64,000 bases of DNA from Veleropilina oligotropha. Lineage: Eukaryota. The stretch lies in contig JBEUKZ010000100.1 in assembly GCA_048128005.1 (NCBI GenBank), positions 62,001 through 126,000 on the forward strand. The letters run 5' to 3'. How positions within the stretch are numbered: position 1 is the first letter of the stretch; each line of letters opens with the position of its first letter. The notes under the pieces are model-generated. The model searched no databases. It had not been told where the DNA came from and saw nothing but the letters and a program-made list of their open reading frames with translations. Both the position numbers and the translations under genes were made by a program. Positions 1 through 64,000 of this stretch are shown here, in pieces.

Positions 1-858
1 CTATTTAAGGAAAAATGCCTATTTGGACGATATAAAATGGTCATAAAGGGGATAACTAGGTTAAGACTGGTCCTAGAGCTTAGATATTTTAAATTAGGTC
101 AAATATTTTTTTGGAAAAAAACAAAATGGCCGCCGCATTAATATTCAAATGGCCTTATCTCGAGAACTAAGCGGTGTAGAAATTTGAAATTTGCGGCATT
201 CGATTCAGAGTGGCCATATGTTCATCATGAAATAATAAAATAAAACAATTATTATTATTATTTTTTTTTCATTATATGAATCGCATGCCGCAAATTTCAG
301 GCTTCTACCCAGCATAGTTCTCGAGATATCTCCATATCTCTGATGAATTTTTCTGAAAATTGGAAGAATGCTTCATCTATCAACTACTTAAATACTGTAA
401 AAAGATGGGTTCCTAAAATTGTTTTAAGCGCCTCGCTTTGAGATCTAAATGATTTGGGCGGCCATTTTGAATTCATTAAATGGATATACCTCTAAAACTG
501 TTACAGCTACAGTAATGCTATTTAATGTGAAGGTATTTTGGACTGATTCATTAAACTTCTGATTCAATATCTCGCAAATTATGCACTGTAGACACTAGTT
601 ACCATAGGGAGCCTATATGAGGTCATCGGCAATCTTTCAAATGTGACCTTGACCTTTGACTTCCGATGACCTTTTGACCTATATATGACGTATATGTTAA
701 ATATTGACCTTGCAGGCGAGTTTTTCACATCAGTGGTATAGGTAAAGCACATTGGACATGAATGTCAAGTATGGGGTTCGATTGCAACTACTGCAGCCAC
801 CACGGTTCGGACTTGAAGCCCTCACAGCTGCTTGCAGCTTTAATTATTATTATTATTA

Positions 859-1149
859 CTAGCAATGGTACCCGTCTCCGCCGGGTAAGTCCCCCCACCC
901 CAATTTTTTTTTTTTTTTTTTTGGATAGTGCTCCCTTAAATATTTTTTTTTTTTCCCGAATTTTCCGAATTTTTTTCGTGGTAAACCTTCCTTGGGGGAC
1001 CCCGATTAACCCCCCAAAGTTTGAAGGTCCTAGGTCAAAGCGTCTGGGAGGAGTTCAACTTGAAACAGACAGACAGACAGACAGACAGACACACATACAT
1101 TAAGATTTTCCGAATTTTTTTCGTGGTAAACCTTCCTTGGGGGACCCCG
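859..1149 (-). mobile_element. Non-autonomous Helitron, 3' part
   Basis: Minus strand ends with hairpin CCCG-gcggaga-CGGG followed by CTAG|T; (GTCT)n inside. Confidence 0.75.
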
Positions 1150-2312
1150 TTAGTGGACCAGCACTGTATTCACTGGGCCATGATGGCACCTAGTCTGTTA
1201 GTAGACCAGCACTGTATTCACTGGGCCATGCTGGCACCTAGTCCGTTAGTAGACCAGCACTGTATTCACTGGGCCATGATGGCCCCTAATATAAATAGAA
1301 ATCATACAACAAAATACGTCAATATTATATCAGACCATAAAATTTAAACAAACGTGCCAAAGCGATGGGCATCTACAACAGAAAATCTTGACTTGCTTAC
1401 CACAATATTATGAAAGGATTATTCCTAGCCTTACAACTACTTGTGTCTTAGAATAATGACATACTATTAGGCCTTCACGAATCGGACAACGCTAAAACCA
1501 TGGTGGGTGAAAACATATGCATACTTTTGACAAGAGCCCATTAGAAAACGCATTCATCCCCCGCCTTCCGCAATCTCTCTGATATAAACTTTAACCTAAA
1601 TTTCTATGTCCAAACACACCAAGTTCATTCAGTATTTATACGAAATTACATTCAATATAATTGCTAAGAGTAAAAGGTGTATTATCAATATAAGCATCAC
1701 TAAAGAATGTGTATGCAATAATGGCATGGAGCAACGTAAATTCATTTATTTAATTTAAAAAGTCCACATTAACCAAAATTGTTACGTCCACAAACACTCA
1801 TTTCACATGTTATTTATATTATAAATCACTTGCAGATGAGGGGCGCAGCATCAATATAGTCATCACTAAAGTATATGAATGCAAAACAGTGCCTAGAAAA
1901 ACCCTTGTGAGCCCATTTAAAAACTTTACACAAAACTTTAACCAAAATTTATATGTCCACAAACAGTAATTTCACATGTTATTTACACTATAAATCACTT
2001 GCAGATTATGGGGCAGCATCAATATAGTCAACACTAAAGTATATGGATATAAAACTGTGCCTAGAACAACCCATATGAGCCCATTGAAAAACTTTAACCA
2101 AATTTCTATGTCCATAAACACCTATTTTATGCAATAATTATAATAATAAATTTAATTCAATATCACTTCCATAGTATTAGTTGACATTCATATGATCAAT
2201 AACAAAACCATATATACTCCAAAATATAGTTTGAGCAATCCATATAAACACTCAATGAAAAACTTTAACCAGAAACTTTAAAACACCTACATTCATGCAA
2301 TAATTATAATAA
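1147..2312 (+). repeat. 1166-bp duplicate of 50943-52108
   Basis: Constant offset 49796 at both ends; identical in spot checks. Confidence 0.92.
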
Positions 2313-3341
2313 CTAGCAATGGTACCCGTCTCCGCCGGGTAAGTCCCCCCACCCCAATTTTTTTTTTTTTTTTTTTTTGGATAGTGCTCCCTTAAATATT
2401 TTTTTTTTTTCCCGAATTTTCCGAATTTTTTTCGTGGTAAACCTTCCTTGGGGGACCCCGATTAACCCCCCAAAGTTTGAAGGTCCTAGGTCAAAGCGTC
2501 TGGGAGGAGTTCAACTTGAAACAGACAGACAGACAGACAGACAGACACACATACATTAAGATTTTCCGAATTTTTTTCGTGGTAAACCTTCCTTGGGGGA
2601 CCCCGATTAACCCCCCAAAGTTTGAAGGTCCTAGGTCAAAGCGTCTGGGAGGAGTTCAACTTGAAACAGACAGACAGACAGACAGACACACACACACACA
2701 TACAATTATAGCTCCATTATATTAAGATTATTATTATTACTAGCTTTTGGTACCCGTCTTCGCCGGGTAAGTCCCCCCAGCCCGAATTTTTTTTTTTTTT
2801 TTTTGGATAGTGCTCCCTTTTTTTTTTTTTTTTTTTCTCGATTATATTAAAAATGATAGTAAATTTTTTTTTTTTTCGCGAATTTTCCGAATTTTTTTCG
2901 TGGTAAACCTTCCTTGGGGGACCCCGATTAACCCCCCAAAGTTTGAAGGTCCTAGGTCAAAGCGTCTGGGAGGAGTTCAACTTGAAACAGACAGACAGAC
3001 AGACCCGCATACAATTATAGCTCCATTATATTAAGATTATTATTATTACTAGCTTTTGGTACCCGTCTTCGCCGGGTAAGTCCCCCCAGCCCCAATTTTT
3101 TTTTTTTGGATAGTGCTCCCTTTTTTTTTTTTTTTTTTTTTCTCGATTATATTAAAAATGATAGTAAATTTTTTTTTTTTTCGCGAATTTTCCGAATTTT
3201 TTTCGTGGTAAACCTTCCTTGGGGGACCCCGATTAACCCCCCAAAGTTTGAAGGTCCTAGGTCAAAGCGTCTGGGAGGAGTTCAACTTGAAACAGACAGA
3301 CAGACAGACCCGCATACAATTATAGCTCCATTATATTAAGA
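2313..3341 (-). mobile_element. Three head-to-tail non-autonomous Helitrons (2313-2727, 2740-3036, 3049-3341)
   Basis: Each has A|TC 5' end, 3' hairpin + CTAG|T, no TSD and (CAGA)n. Confidence 0.8.
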
Positions 3342-3367
3342 TTTTTAACAATGAAACATTTACTCAC

Positions 3368-55745
<52,378 letters not shown>

Positions 55746-56311
55746 CTGAAATAAACCCAAATATTAATAATTAAATATTAAAAACATCAAATCTCGAAAA
55801 CACAACTTTAACCTAAAGCTTGTCTTTGATAAATGATTTCAATTGAAAATGCTATTTTATGAACACATTTTAACAATATTACTGTAACAGTAATATTTTA
55901 GTCGCAACAACGGACTTAAGTCGACCTTCAATCATCACTGACTGCAATAAAGCATTGATAACATAACAGTATTTGGGTAAAATCAAAATACATCAAACAT
56001 TTGTTCAGCTTCATGATGTTTCCATTCTGGAACTCGGTTTATCAATGACTGCCATAAACTTGGTGCACCAAAACGGGTTTATCAACGACTGCGCATGCCG
56101 TGACCTTTATTTGGGATCATTGTGCTATTACAGATACTGTGAGAGATATATAGAATACTACACTGGTTGTCGATAGATACCATTTTTACGTGACGAGTAT
56201 ATGTCTGACGGTATCTAAACGAGCGAAAGCGAGTTTAGATACCGTCAGACATATACGAGTCACGTAAAAATGGTATCTATCGACAACCAGTGTAGTATTT
56301 TATTTATTACT

Positions 56312-57601
56312 CACGATATAAGCAAAATATTAGAAAAACTGGCTTGCGACAGAATTTCGACATTTCTTGAAACAAATGATATCATCTCCCAAAACCAATA
56401 CGGGTTTCGTGCTCATCACTCTACTCTCCATGCTGCATCTATTCTATATGACCACCTGAACTCGGCTAAAGACAATAAAAAATTCACAGCTGTAGCATTT
56501 CTTGATTTATCAAAAGCATTTGATACCGTAAATCATTCTATTCTTTTAAAAAAACTAGTTCATTATGGCTTCCGCTCAGCTTCGAATAAATGGCTCTGCA
56601 GTTATCTCTCCAACCGATTACAATTAGTACAGTATGATGATGTGTTATCTCATCTAAAACCAGTTACCTGTGGCGTACCACAAGGATCTATTCTCGGACC
56701 AATTTTATTTCTAATTTACATAAATGATATTACTAGAGGTTCTAATCTCTTAAATTTTATACTTTTTGCTGACGATACGAGTATTACTTGTTCAGCTAAA
56801 AGTGATGTCGATGTTATTTCCAATATGACGTGCGAACTAAAGAAAATTCAAAATTGGTTATTTTCAAATCGGTTATCTCTAAATATTAAAAAAACGAAAT
56901 TCATGTTGATTAAGCCTTCTACCCGTTCAATGAGTGCTACCCCTCCTCTGCTTCTCAACGGGATTGAAATTGAAAACGTGACAGAATATAAATTCCTTGG
57001 TTTCATTCTCAACATAAAATTATCCTGGACCAACCATATTTTATATCTATGTAAAAAAGTGTCACGCAACATTGGGATCCTGCAACATCTTAAAAACACT
57101 ATCAATAAGAAATCACTTCTCATCTTGTACTATTCATTAATTCATCCCTATCTATCATATGGTAATGCCCTATGGGCCAACACTTACCTTACACATCTAA
57201 AACCACTCATAATCCTTCAAAAGAGAGCAATTCGCCTAATTTCGCTTTCACATATACTCGAACATACACCTCCTCTCTTTTTGAACCTGAATATTCTCCC
57301 TTTACTATATCTAAATCATTACTCTCTACTTATCCTGGCTCATAAGTTCATGTATCAGCCTGAAACTTTACCATGTAGCTTTCGTGAATTATTTACAAAA
57401 CAATCATCCATTCATACCTATCCTACAAGAACCCAAACTTTAAACTTGTATAGACCATATTATTTCTCAAATTTATCGTTACACACAATTCGTGTCCAAG
57501 TCCCCCGAGAATGGAACAAACTCCCTACATCAATCAAACTATTCAATTCATTGTCACTTTTTAAATCGCGCCTGAAAAATCTTCTTCTTAGCAAATTATG
57601 A
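56312..57601 (+). pseudogene. LINE ORF2 reverse transcriptase, N-terminally truncated
   Basis: SKILEK, QYGFR, FLDLSKAFDTV, GVPQGSILGP, FADDT, KFLG; endonuclease domain absent. Confidence 0.9.
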
Positions 57602-57886
57602 TTATATCAAAATCTATGTTGCCGCTTCTATATATGTATATGTTGTCAATTATCTTATATTTTTGTTGAAATTCACCATATGTTCATTTCTTCGATGTCT
57701 TTTCTATATTTAGCACGATATTACACCATACACCTTGTGCCTATCTAATTACACTATTTATTTACTAGGGATAGAACAAGTCCTATTGGACTTTATTCCC
57801 GCCAAAATGTTATGAACGTCTGTGTATATTATAATTTACTTATTTTTGGTGAATAAATGAAATGAAAAAATGAAATGAAATGAAAT
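56312..57886 (+). mobile_element. 5'-truncated non-LTR retrotransposon (CR1/L2/Crack group)
   Basis: RT ORF, 3' UTR, AATAAA and (GAAAT)n tail. Confidence 0.9.
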
Positions 57887-58248
57887 ACTTGTTTTATTAT
57901 CGTATTTCTGCATATAAATCAGAACATTGTCGCAACAACATTTGCGTAGGAATTGCCTCTTCACAGATGTGATAAAATCCTTGCGCATTAATATAGGTCG
58001 TTCTTATAGCCTAACAACGTAAAAATAACAAAACGTCTTGCAACAATCAATAAGATATTTAATTAAATAATTGTAAATGGCTATTATTATTTATATTTAT
58101 ATACAGAGATTTCAAAATAGCGTCAAATTTCCATATTGCATCACGTGTTCTTATCGTCACTGATCATTGTTTTGTCTGTGGCGCATTGGGCTCGATGGTG
58201 CAATTAGAAATCGGTGCGGAAAAAATAGCTCAAAAGAAATTCCATGGA

Positions 58249-59110
58249 CTAGATTGTGAATTTATGGAGCGGGACCGTGAATTGGAAGTTCGAGACATTT
58301 ATCGAGGGTGGAGCTGCTGGCTGAGGAACGTGCGAACTGATGATATTTCTAAGTTGAGCAGGCGCGACTTTCGAATTTGTTGCCAGATAAAACGGTGTAT
58401 CGGCAGAACGAAAATCTACCGGCCTTAATGTGGCATACAGCTTATAAATGAATACCGGACATCGTTCGTCGCCCGTTTCCCAAGCACGAGGAGGAACATC
58501 ACGGACATTCCTGGTATCACCAACTGTGCGTGTTTTCGTTTGGCGCTCGTTATATTCGAGGAATTCTCTCCCGTCGCTGCCTACTTTTAACGAAACATCG
58601 CCCCATTTCATCATATGGTGTGGTTTAACACTTCGAAGGACAAAGTGACGGGTGTTATTCCACCACAGAGTATTTATGATGGATTCGGGGTTGTTGCAAC
58701 CCATTTCATTGCCGTTATACAATTTCTGGATTTCGTCACAGGATAAACTTTCAGCCCTATTTGGTAAGTTTCCGAACCCTTGACTTTTAAGTGCTTTTTG
58801 TTTTGATGACAAAACATCCAGAAGCCGTGAAAACTCTGTCCCGCAGTAATGACTTTTCGTACCCACTGTGTTTTAAAAAACGATCAAAACTTGATATCTT
58901 TGATGTTAGTGATGAGGGTTCATATTCTTGACCATTTTCTTTCTTTATTGACATGAAGTAATTACATAGGATGTCGCACAGTTCATTTGGCGATATAGTT
59001 GCTACTGGTCTATTGTCGCCTTTTAGTATCATGAATTTGACGAAAATATTAGAATCTTACTCTGTCTTTCGCAATGTATTTTTATTTCTGTTTTCTTGAA
59101 TAAAGCTGTT
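58249..59110 (-). pseudogene. Crypton DUF3504/YR recombinase pseudogene
   Basis: KENGQEYEPSSL, LWWNNT.HF.LR, EYNERQTKTR, RCPV.IYKLY...RP across frameshifted ORFs 58787-59032 and 58249-58866; C-terminal HxxR/Y region not seen. Confidence 0.78.
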
Positions 59111-59718
59111 AATGTTCGAACGGTCGTACTCGTAATCATAAGTTGTGGTAGTTGCAGATTTTGTATTAGTTTCGTCAAAAAAAATCGTCGCGAAACTTCA
59201 TCGTAAACTTAGGCTGGTAGATCGGTGATCGATCCAGAGGTTGGGGGTGGCGGTACTGACTGGTTGAACTACTGACATAATTCGTCCACGCATTTTCCCG
59301 TCAATTTTCACGCTATCATTAACACGGATAATTGATATAGATGTCTCCATCTTGACTCTAAGCAGACGACGCATACAAATTCATTTTATATTTTGTCATA
59401 ATTATTATTTGTAAATACTATTTTATTGTATGCTTACTTTTATTTATTTTACCAATGTTTGTAGTTATTTTAATTATGCTTTCGTTGCTTTATAAGATGT
59501 CGTTCCGACGGCAGTCGTGAGACATTTGCTTGATAGTAAAAGTTGTAACATTTATCAATGAAAAAAGTAGTCCCGTGACCTTACATCAGCAGATTGCTAT
59601 TGTCCAATCAAAATTGAGGGTTGGAGGTCAATTGTTTATCCAACACCCGTAAGATACGAGATTTTTATGAGATAGCGATATCTTCAACACCCGAGTAATA
59701 AATCAACATATTGCTGCA

Positions 59719-62700
59719 GTCAGCCTGATGGGTGATGCTGTGAGGGCCGATATCAACATACAGTTGGTCAGCCTGATGGGTGATGCCGTGAGGGCCGATA
59801 TCAACATACAGTTGGTCAGCCTGATGGGTGATGCCGTGAGGGCCGATATCAACATACAGTTGGTCAGCCTGATGGGTGATGCTGTGAGGGCCGATATCAA
59901 CATACAGTTGGTCAGCCTGATGGGTGATGCTGTGAGGGCCGATATCAACATACAGTTGATCAGCCTGATGGGTGATGCTGTGAGGGCCGATATCAACATA
60001 CAGTTGGTCAGCCTGATGGGTGATGCTGTGAGGGCCGATATCAACATACAGTTGGTCAGCCTGATGGGTGATGCTGTGAGGGCCGATATCAACATACAGT
60101 TGGTCAGCCTGATGGGTGATGCTGTGAGGGCCGATATCAACATACAGTTGGTCAGCCTGATGGGTGATGCTGTGAGGGCCGATATCAACATACAGTTGGT
60201 CAGCCTGATGGGTGATGCTGTGAGGGCCGATATCAACATACAGTTGGTCAGCCTGATGGGTGATGCTGTGAGGGCCGATATCAACATACAGTTGGTCAGC
60301 CTGATGGGTGATGCTGTGAGGGCCGATATCAACATACAGTTGGTCAGCCTGATGGGTGATGCTGTGAGGGCCGATATCAACATACAGTTGGTCAGCCTGA
60401 TGGGTGATGCTGTGAGGGCCGATATCAACATACAGTTGGTCAGCCTGATGGGTGATTCTGTGAGGGCCGATATCAACATACAGTTGGTCAGCCTGATGGG
60501 TGATGCTGTGAGGGCTGATATCAACATACAGTTGGTCAGCCTGATGGGTGATGCTGTGAGGGCCGATATCAACATACAGTTGGTCAGCCTGATGGGTGAT
60601 GCTGTGAGGGCCGATATCAACATACAGTTGATCAGCCTGATGGGTGATGCTGTGAGGGCCGATATCAACATACAGTTGGTCAGCCTGATGGGTGATGCTG
60701 TGAGGGCCGATATCAACATACAGTTGGTCAGCCTGATGGGTGATGCTGTGAGGGCCGATATCAACATACAGTTGATCAGCCTGATGGGTGATGCTGTGAG
60801 GGCCGATATCAACATACAGTTGGTCAGCCTGATGGGTGATGCTGTGAGGGCCGATATCAACATACAGTTGATCAGCCTGATGGGTGATGCTGTGAGGGCC
60901 GATATCAACATACAGTTGGTCAGCCTGATGGGTGATGCTGTGAGGGCCGATATCAACATACAGTTGGTCAGCCTGATGGGTGATGCTGTGAGGGCCGATA
61001 TCAACATACAGTTGGTCAGCCTGATGGGTGATGCTGTGAGGGCCGATATCAACATACAGTTGGTCAGCCTGATGGGTGATGCTGTGAGGGCCGATATCAA
61101 CATACAGTTGGTCAGCCTGATGGGTGATGCTGTGAGGGCCGATATCAACATACAGTTGGTCAGCCTGATGGGTGATGCTGTGAGGGCCGATATCAACATA
61201 CAGTTGGTCAGCCTGATGGGTGATGCTGTGAGGGCCGATATCAACATACAGTTGGTCAGCCTGATGGGTGATGCTGTGAGGGCCGATATCAACATACAGT
61301 TGGTCAGCCTGATGGGTGATGCTGTGAGGGCCGATATCAACATACAGTTGATCAGCCTGATGGGTGATGCTGTGAGGGCCGATATCAACATACAGTTGGT
61401 CAGCCTGATGGGTGATGCTGTGAGGGCCGATATCAACATACAGTTGGTCAGCCTGATGGGTGATGCTGTGAGGGCCGATATCAACATACAGTTGATCAGC
61501 CTGATGGGTGATGCTGTGAGGGCCGATATCAACATACAGTTGGTCAGCCTGATGGGTGATGCTGTGAGGGCCGATATCAACATACAGTTGATCAGCCTGA
61601 TGGGTGATGCTGTGAGGGCCGATATCAACATACAGTTGGTCAGCCTGATGGGTGATGCTGTGAGGGCCGATATCAACATACAGTTGGTCAGCCTGATGGG
61701 TGATGCTGTGAGGGCCGATATCAACATACAGTTGGTCAGCCTGATGGGTGATGCTGTGAGGGCCGATATCAACATACAGTTGGTCAGCCTGATGGGTGAT
61801 GCTGTGAGGGCCGATATCAACATACAGTTGGTCAGCCTGATGGGTGATGCTGTGAGGGCCGATATCAACATACAGTTGGTCAGCCTGATGGGTGATGCTG
61901 TGAGGGCCGATATCAACATACAGTTGGTCAGCCTGATGGGTGATGCTGTGAGGGCCGATATCAACATACAGTTGGTCAGCCTGATGGGTGATGCTGTGAG
62001 GGCCGATATCAACATACAGTTGGTCAGCCTGATGGGTGATGCTGTGAGGGCCGATATCAACATACAGTTGGTCAGCCTGATGGGTGATGCTGTGAGGGCC
62101 GATATCAACATACAGTTGGTCAGCCTGATGGGTGATGCTGTGAGGGCCGATATCAACATACAGTTGGTCAGCCTGATGGGTGATGCTGTGAGGGCCGATA
62201 TCAACATACAGTTGGTCAGCCTGATGGGTGATGCTGTGAGGGCCGATATCAACATACAGTTGGTCAGCCTGATGGGTGATGCTGTGAGGGCCGATATCAA
62301 CATACAGTTGGTCAGCCTGATGGGTGATGCTGTGAGGGCCGATATCAACATACAGTTGGTCAGCCTGATGGGTGATGCTGTGAGGGCCGATATCAACATA
62401 CAGTTGGTCAGCCTGATGGGTGATGCTGTGAGGGCCGATATCAACATACAGTTGGTCAGCCTGATGGGTGATGCTGTGAGGGCCGATATCAACATACAGT
62501 TGGTCAGCCTGATGGGTGATGCTGTGAGGGCCGATATCAACATACAGTTGGTCAGCCTGATGGGTGATGCTGTGAGGGCCGATATCAACATACAGTTGGT
62601 CAGCCTGATGGGTGATGCTGTGAGGGCCGATATCAACATACAGTTGGTCAGCCTGATGGGTGATGCTGTGAGGGCCGATATCAACATACAGTTGGTCAGC

Positions 62701-64000
62701 CTGATGGGTGATGCTGTGAGGGCCGATATCAACATACAGTTGGTCAGCCTGATGGGTGATGCTGTGAGGGCCGATATCAACATACAGTTGGTCAGCCTGA
62801 TGGGTGATGCTGTGAGGGCCGATATCAACATACAGTTGGTCAGCCTGATGGGTGATGCCGTGAGGGCCGATATCAACATACAGTTGGTCAGCCTGATGGG
62901 TGATGCTGTGAGGGCCGATATCAACATACAGTTGGTCAGCCTGATGGGTCATGCTGTGAGGGCCGATATCAACATACAGTTGGTCAGCCTGATGGGTGAT
63001 GCTGTGAGGGCCGATATCAACATACAGTTGGTCAGACTGATGGGTGATGCTGTGAGGGCCGATATCAACATACAGTTGGTCAGCCTGATGGGTGATGCTG
63101 TGAGGGCCGATATCAACATACAGTTGGTCAGGCTGATGGGTGATGCTGTGAGGGCCGATATCAACATACAGTTGGTCAGCCTGATGGGTCATGCTGTGAG
63201 GGCCGATATCAACATAGTTGGTCAGCCTGATGGGTGATGCTGTGAGGGCCGATATCAACATACAGTTGGTCAGCCTGATGGGTGATGCTGTGAGGGCCGA
63301 TATCAACATACAGTTGGTCAGCCTGATGGGTGATGCTGTGAGGGCCGATATCAACATACAGTTGGTCAGACTGATGGGTGATGCTGTGAGGGCCGATATC
63401 AACATACAGTTGGTCAGCCTGATGGGTGATGCTGAGAGGGCCGATATCAACATACAGTTGGTCAGCCTGATGGGTGATGCTGTGAGGGCCGATATCAACA
63501 TACAGTTGGTCAGCCTGATGGGTCATGCTGTGAGGGCCGATATCAACATACAGTTGGTCAGCCTGATGGGTGATGCTGTGAGGGCCGATATCAACATACA
63601 GTTGGTCAGCCTGATGGGTGATGCTGTGAGGGCCGATATCAACATACAGTTGGTCAGCCTGATGGGTGATGCTGTGAGGGCCGATATCAACATACAGTTG
63701 GTCAGCCTGATGGGTGATGCTGTGAGGGCCGATATCAACATACAGTTGGTCAGCCTGATGGGTGATGCTGAGAGGGCCGATATCAACATACAGTTGGTCA
63801 GCCTGATGGGTGATGCTGTGAGGGCCGATATCAACATACAGTTGGTCAGCCTGATGGGTGATGCTGTGAGGGCCGATATCAACATACAGTTGGTCAGCCT
63901 GATGGTTGATGCTGTGAGGGTCGATATCAACATACAGTTGGTCAGCCTGATGGGTGATGCTGTGAGGGCCGATATCAACATACAGTTGGTCAGCCTGATG
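59719..64000. repeat. 48-bp minisatellite, about 89 copies, runs off the window
   Basis: Unit cagttggtcagcctgatgggtgatgctgtgagggccgatatcaacata. Confidence 0.98.

Larger units (their letters stand above)
56148..59703 (-). mobile_element. Crypton-like (DUF3504 tyrosine recombinase) DNA transposon, decayed, interrupted by a LINE
   Basis: Terminal long hairpin 56154-56299; YR-like reading frames; the flanks rejoin to a satellite-like motif. Confidence 0.7.

Noticed and set aside
762..3339. Repeated short ORFs (…NLPWGTPINPPKF…)
   Set aside because: Translations of non-autonomous Helitron copies with poly-T and microsatellite tracts.
56270..56311. ATG-initiated N-terminus of the 443-aa RT ORF
   Set aside because: Derives from the Crypton hairpin arm; a chance in-frame fusion to a truncated LINE.
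59665..63981. ORFs of more than 1000 aa on both strands
   Set aside because: Translations of a 48-bp (3n) satellite; almost no synonymous variation, open on both strands, no splice context.

Overview
AT-rich eukaryotic (invertebrate metazoan-type) genomic DNA; no prokaryotic operon or CRISPR array. The window lies inside one very large minus-strand gene. I reconstructed 27 phase-compatible exons (55745->3368, about 6.1 kb CDS, about 2040 aa, open at both ends). They encode a VWDE-like extracellular protein built from a tandemly repeated 16-exon super-module of about 1030 aa (Cys-rich, EGF, Ig/IPT-like, LamG/ConA-like, Ig-like, VWD); one copy carries an extra Thr-rich mucin exon. The introns hold an apparently intact 7.3 kb DIRS1-like tyrosine-recombinase retrotransposon with ITRs and ICR, a decayed Crypton (DUF3504) with a nested CR1/L2-group LINE, non-autonomous Helitrons, Helentron/HINE-like elements, tRNA-SINEs, MITEs and several minisatellites. 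Main observations: a Helitron 3' transduction of 1.17 kb whose donor locus lies 49.8 kb away in the same gene; a 93-bp minisatellite that has multiplied a splice acceptor 12 times; an exon starting with a recursive-splice motif; a GC-AG intron; and a split, possibly spliced DIRS gag. Domain and family names come from motif recognition by eye, not from database searches.
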